Assembly: GCF_009914755.1 (NCBI RefSeq) | Contig: NC_060942.1 | DNA: 64,000 nt | Direction: 5' to 3' (one strand) | DNA from: the human T2T-CHM13v2.0 reference genome, Homo sapiens | Shown: one piece after another, positions 60,691 to 64,000 of the stretch | How the letters are laid out: each line of letters opens with the position of its first letter | Position numbering within the stretch: position 1 is the stretch's first letter | Program-made: the position numbers and the translations under genes | The notes under the pieces: generated by a model | The model's input: only the letters and a program-made list of their open reading frames with translations | Databases searched by the model: none | Told to the model about the DNA's origin: nothing

Positions 60691-61404
60691 GCCATAATAA
60701 AACATAATAGTATTTGACACAAAGGGGTGATTGTATAAGAAGGCTTTCAGTTTATGTGAAAAAGTTAGCATTAAATGGAGATTTTAAAGTTGGACAGGAT
60801 TTCCCATGGCCAGATGAGGAAGGAGGGTACATTCTAAGCAATAAATTGTAGGTAATTCACCAAGTGAAAACATTTCTGATATTTGGCTATGTTTTATAGA
60901 ACTTATTTATGTATAAACATGCAGGTTAAGATCTTACCAATTTATTCATTAAAGAAGTCACCCTTAAGAAGAAAATCCCATCCATTAAACACATGGAGGG
61001 CAGGGCTTAGCAATGTGTGTCATGGCGATGAGGTCGCTGTCATCTTTAACTCTGACGTTTAGGAAGGCCAGTTGTGCAAATTTCTTTTTATGCTTCCTTT
61101 CAGTTGCTAGCATGGTTCCACCTCCTCACTCTGCCCCCATTTGTCTTAAATTTAGGTCTGCGGATCTTCAGAGAGGCTGGAAGAAGCTAGTTGTACCAAA
61201 GGGACCAAAACTTGGTCTACAAGATTCCCTGGTCATCTACATGATGAATAAACTTCAAATAGGTAACTTTCACATCCAGTTCTCACAGCATCAAGTAATT
61301 CCTGAGTGCCTACGAGATAGCCACGATTCCTGTTTATAGTGTACTTGGGGGAATACAGACATTAAAAAAATAGAAGTGTGATGAGAGTTACTAAAGAAAA
61401 AGCT

Positions 61405-62155
61405 GGCCGGGCATGGTGGCTCACGCCTATAATCCCAGAAGTTTGGGAGGCCGTGGGCAGATAGCTTGAGGCCAGGAGTTTGAGACCAGCCTGGTCAACA
61501 CAGCAGAAACCCCATCTCTACTGAAAACACAAAAATTAGTCAGGCGTGGTGGTACACACCTGTAATCCCTGCTCCTCAGGAGACTGAGGCATGACGATCA
61601 CTTGAGCCTGGGAGGCGGAGGTTGCAGTGAGCCAAGATTGCATCACTACACTCCAGCATGGGCGACAGAGCAAGGCTCTCTCTCAAAAAGAAAAAGAAAC
61701 AACAACAACAAAAAAGCGCAGGTTGCAATGTGAGTGTAGCAGACAGGATGATGATTTTTGCCTCTGAATCTCTCAATCTTTAGGCCTCCTTTACTATCAG
61801 CTTCAACAAAGGGCAGCACAGATTTTTCCACAGATGATCTATACATTTTTATTTGGTTTTGTTTTGTTTTTTTGAGACAGAGTCTTGCTTTGTCACCCAG
61901 GCTGGAGTGTAGTGGTGCAATCTTGGCTACTGGAACCTCTGCCTCCCAGGTTCAAGCTACCCTCCCATCTCAGCCTCCCGAGTAGCTGGGACTGCAGGAG
62001 TGCACCACCACACCTAGCTAAGTTTTAAATTTTTTGTAGAGATGGGGGTCTCACTTCATTGCCCAGGCTAGTCTGGAACTCCTGAGCTCAAGTGATCCAC
62101 CTGCCTTGGCCTCCCAAAGTGCTGGGATGACAGACGTAAGCCATGGTGCCCGGGC
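61405..62155. mobile_element. Two Alus, 61405-61715(+) and 61850-62155(-)
   Basis: Alu consensus. Confidence 0.92.
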
Positions 62156-62401
62156 AATCTATGCAATACATTTTTAAATATGTATGTTATAGAAATATGT
62201 TACTGAACATAAAAAAAATAGAAAATAAAGCTATCCATAGCCTGCTATTCTAACATACCCTGCAAAATCCCTTTGAAGTTTTACTGTGTAATATAAAATA
62301 GGTATCATAGCACATGTGCAATGCACTGTGCTAAGAATCTTCTATACATAATCTTATTTAGTCCTTATAACAATCCTGAGATGTATCTCCATTTTACATG
62401 C

Positions 62402-63775
62402 ACAGCTTGAACACATTGCTAGTTTAGTTCCAGACCACTGCAATATTGCTGATATTGTAATAAAATGAGTCACACAAAGTTTTTGTTTTCCCAGTGCATA
62501 TAAAAGTTATGTTTCTACTATACTGTAGTCTATTTAGTGTCAAGGCTGGGTGCAGTGGCTTATGCCTGTAATCCCAGCACTTTGGGAGGCCTAGGTGGGC
62601 AGATTGCTTGAGACCAGGAGTTCAACACCAGCCAGGGCAACATGGCGAAATCCCGTCTTTACAAAACATACAAAAAAAATTAGCCGTGTGTGGTCCCAGT
62701 TACTCAGGAGGCTGAGGTGAGAGGATAGCTTGAGCTGGGAGGTTGAGGCTGCAGTGAGCCGTAATTGCGTCACTGCACTCCAGCCTGGGTGACAGAGTGA
62801 GACCCTGTCTCAAAACAAACAAACAAAACTTTACTGCTAAAAAATGCTAAGGATCATCTGAGCTATCAGTGAATCATCATCTTTTTGCTGGCAGAGGGCT
62901 TGCCTTAATGTTGATGGCTGCTGACTGATCAGAGCGGTGGATGCTAAAGTTTGGGGTAGCTGTGGCAATTTCTTAAAATAAGACAATAATGAAATCTGCC
63001 ACGTCGATTGACTCTTCCTTTCATGAAAGTTTTCCCTGTGACATGCAGTGCTGTTCAGCATTTTACCCACAGAAGAACTTTCAAATTTGAATTTCTTTCA
63101 AAATTAGAGTCAATCCTGTCAAATTCTGCTGCTGTTTTATCAACAGTTCCATAGTTTATGATATTCTAAATCCTTTGTTGTCATTCAACAGTGTTCACAG
63201 CGTCTTCACCAGGAGTAGTTTCCATCTCAAGAAACCACTTTCTTTGCTTATCCATAAGAAGCGACTCCTTGCCCATTAAAGCTTTGTCTTGAGATTGCAG
63301 CAATTCAGTCACATCTGTGGGCTCCACTTCTAATTCTAGTTCTCTTGCTATTGCCACCACACCTGCAGTTGTGTCCTGAACTCAAGCCTTGAACCCTTGT
63401 GGGAAAAGACTTGTTGCCAGAGCAGTCAGAATACACAAAACATTGGAGTTAGCTGTTTTACACGGGGGTGGTTAGTGGCACCCCAAAACAACTAAAATAG
63501 TAATCATAGATCACTGGAACAGATATAATAGTATTTAAAAAGTTCAAAATATTGTGAGAATTACCAAAATGTGACACAGAGACACGAAGTGAGCACATGC
63601 TGTTAGAAAAACAGAACTGATGGACTTACTAACCCAGGGTTGCCACAAACCTTCAATTTATATATATATATATATAAATATATATAAATATATAAATATA
63701 TATAAATATATAAAAATATATAAATATATAAAAATATATAAATATATATATATAGAACGCAATAAAATGAGGTGT
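62402..63775 (-). mobile_element. Internally deleted Tigger1 DNA transposon, containing an Alu (62544-62830) and an AT-rich simple repeat (63659-63753)
   Basis: gttccagaccactgcaata...ttcccagtgcatataaaagttatgttt; agaattaccaaaatgtgacacagagacacgaagtgagcacatgctgtt...cagggttgccacaaaccttcaattt. Confidence 0.85.
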
Positions 63776-63817
63776 GGGTGAAAAGAAAACTGAGGTTTGC
63801 AGACATCATACAGCTAG

Positions 63818-64000
<183 letters not shown>

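Noticed and set aside
63659-63753. AT-rich palindromic-looking tract
   Set aside because: Simple-repeat expansion inside Tigger1.

Overview
Primate (almost certainly human) subtelomeric DNA in p-arm orientation, with no intact protein-coding gene. The architecture matches what I recall of the human 18p11.32 subtelomere (ROCK1P1/MIR8078 region); this placement is from recognition, not alignment. Left to right: (1) 1-11.5 kb is a mosaic of subtelomeric blocks with four (CCCTAA)n tracts and a TAR1-type 60/61-bp CTCF-motif VNTR; (2) about 6 kb of 68-bp beta satellite; (3) a minus-strand pLAM/D4Z4 remnant carrying the last 33 codons of DUX4 plus exon 2 and exon 3, but without the ATTAAA poly(A) signal; (4) an abrupt junction at about 18,325-18,345 into an unprocessed duplication of the last four ROCK1 exons and 3'UTR (ROCK1P1); (5) about 35 kb of Alu-dense intergenic DNA with a full THE1 element, other LTRs, old L1 and Tigger elements. 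The most interesting signal is the D4Z4-ROCK1 junction. It appears to keep a phase-matched ROCK1-type splice donor, so antisense D4Z4/DUX4 sequence could act as the first exon of ROCK1P1. Repeat family names are from memory of consensus sequences and repeat boundaries are approximate.
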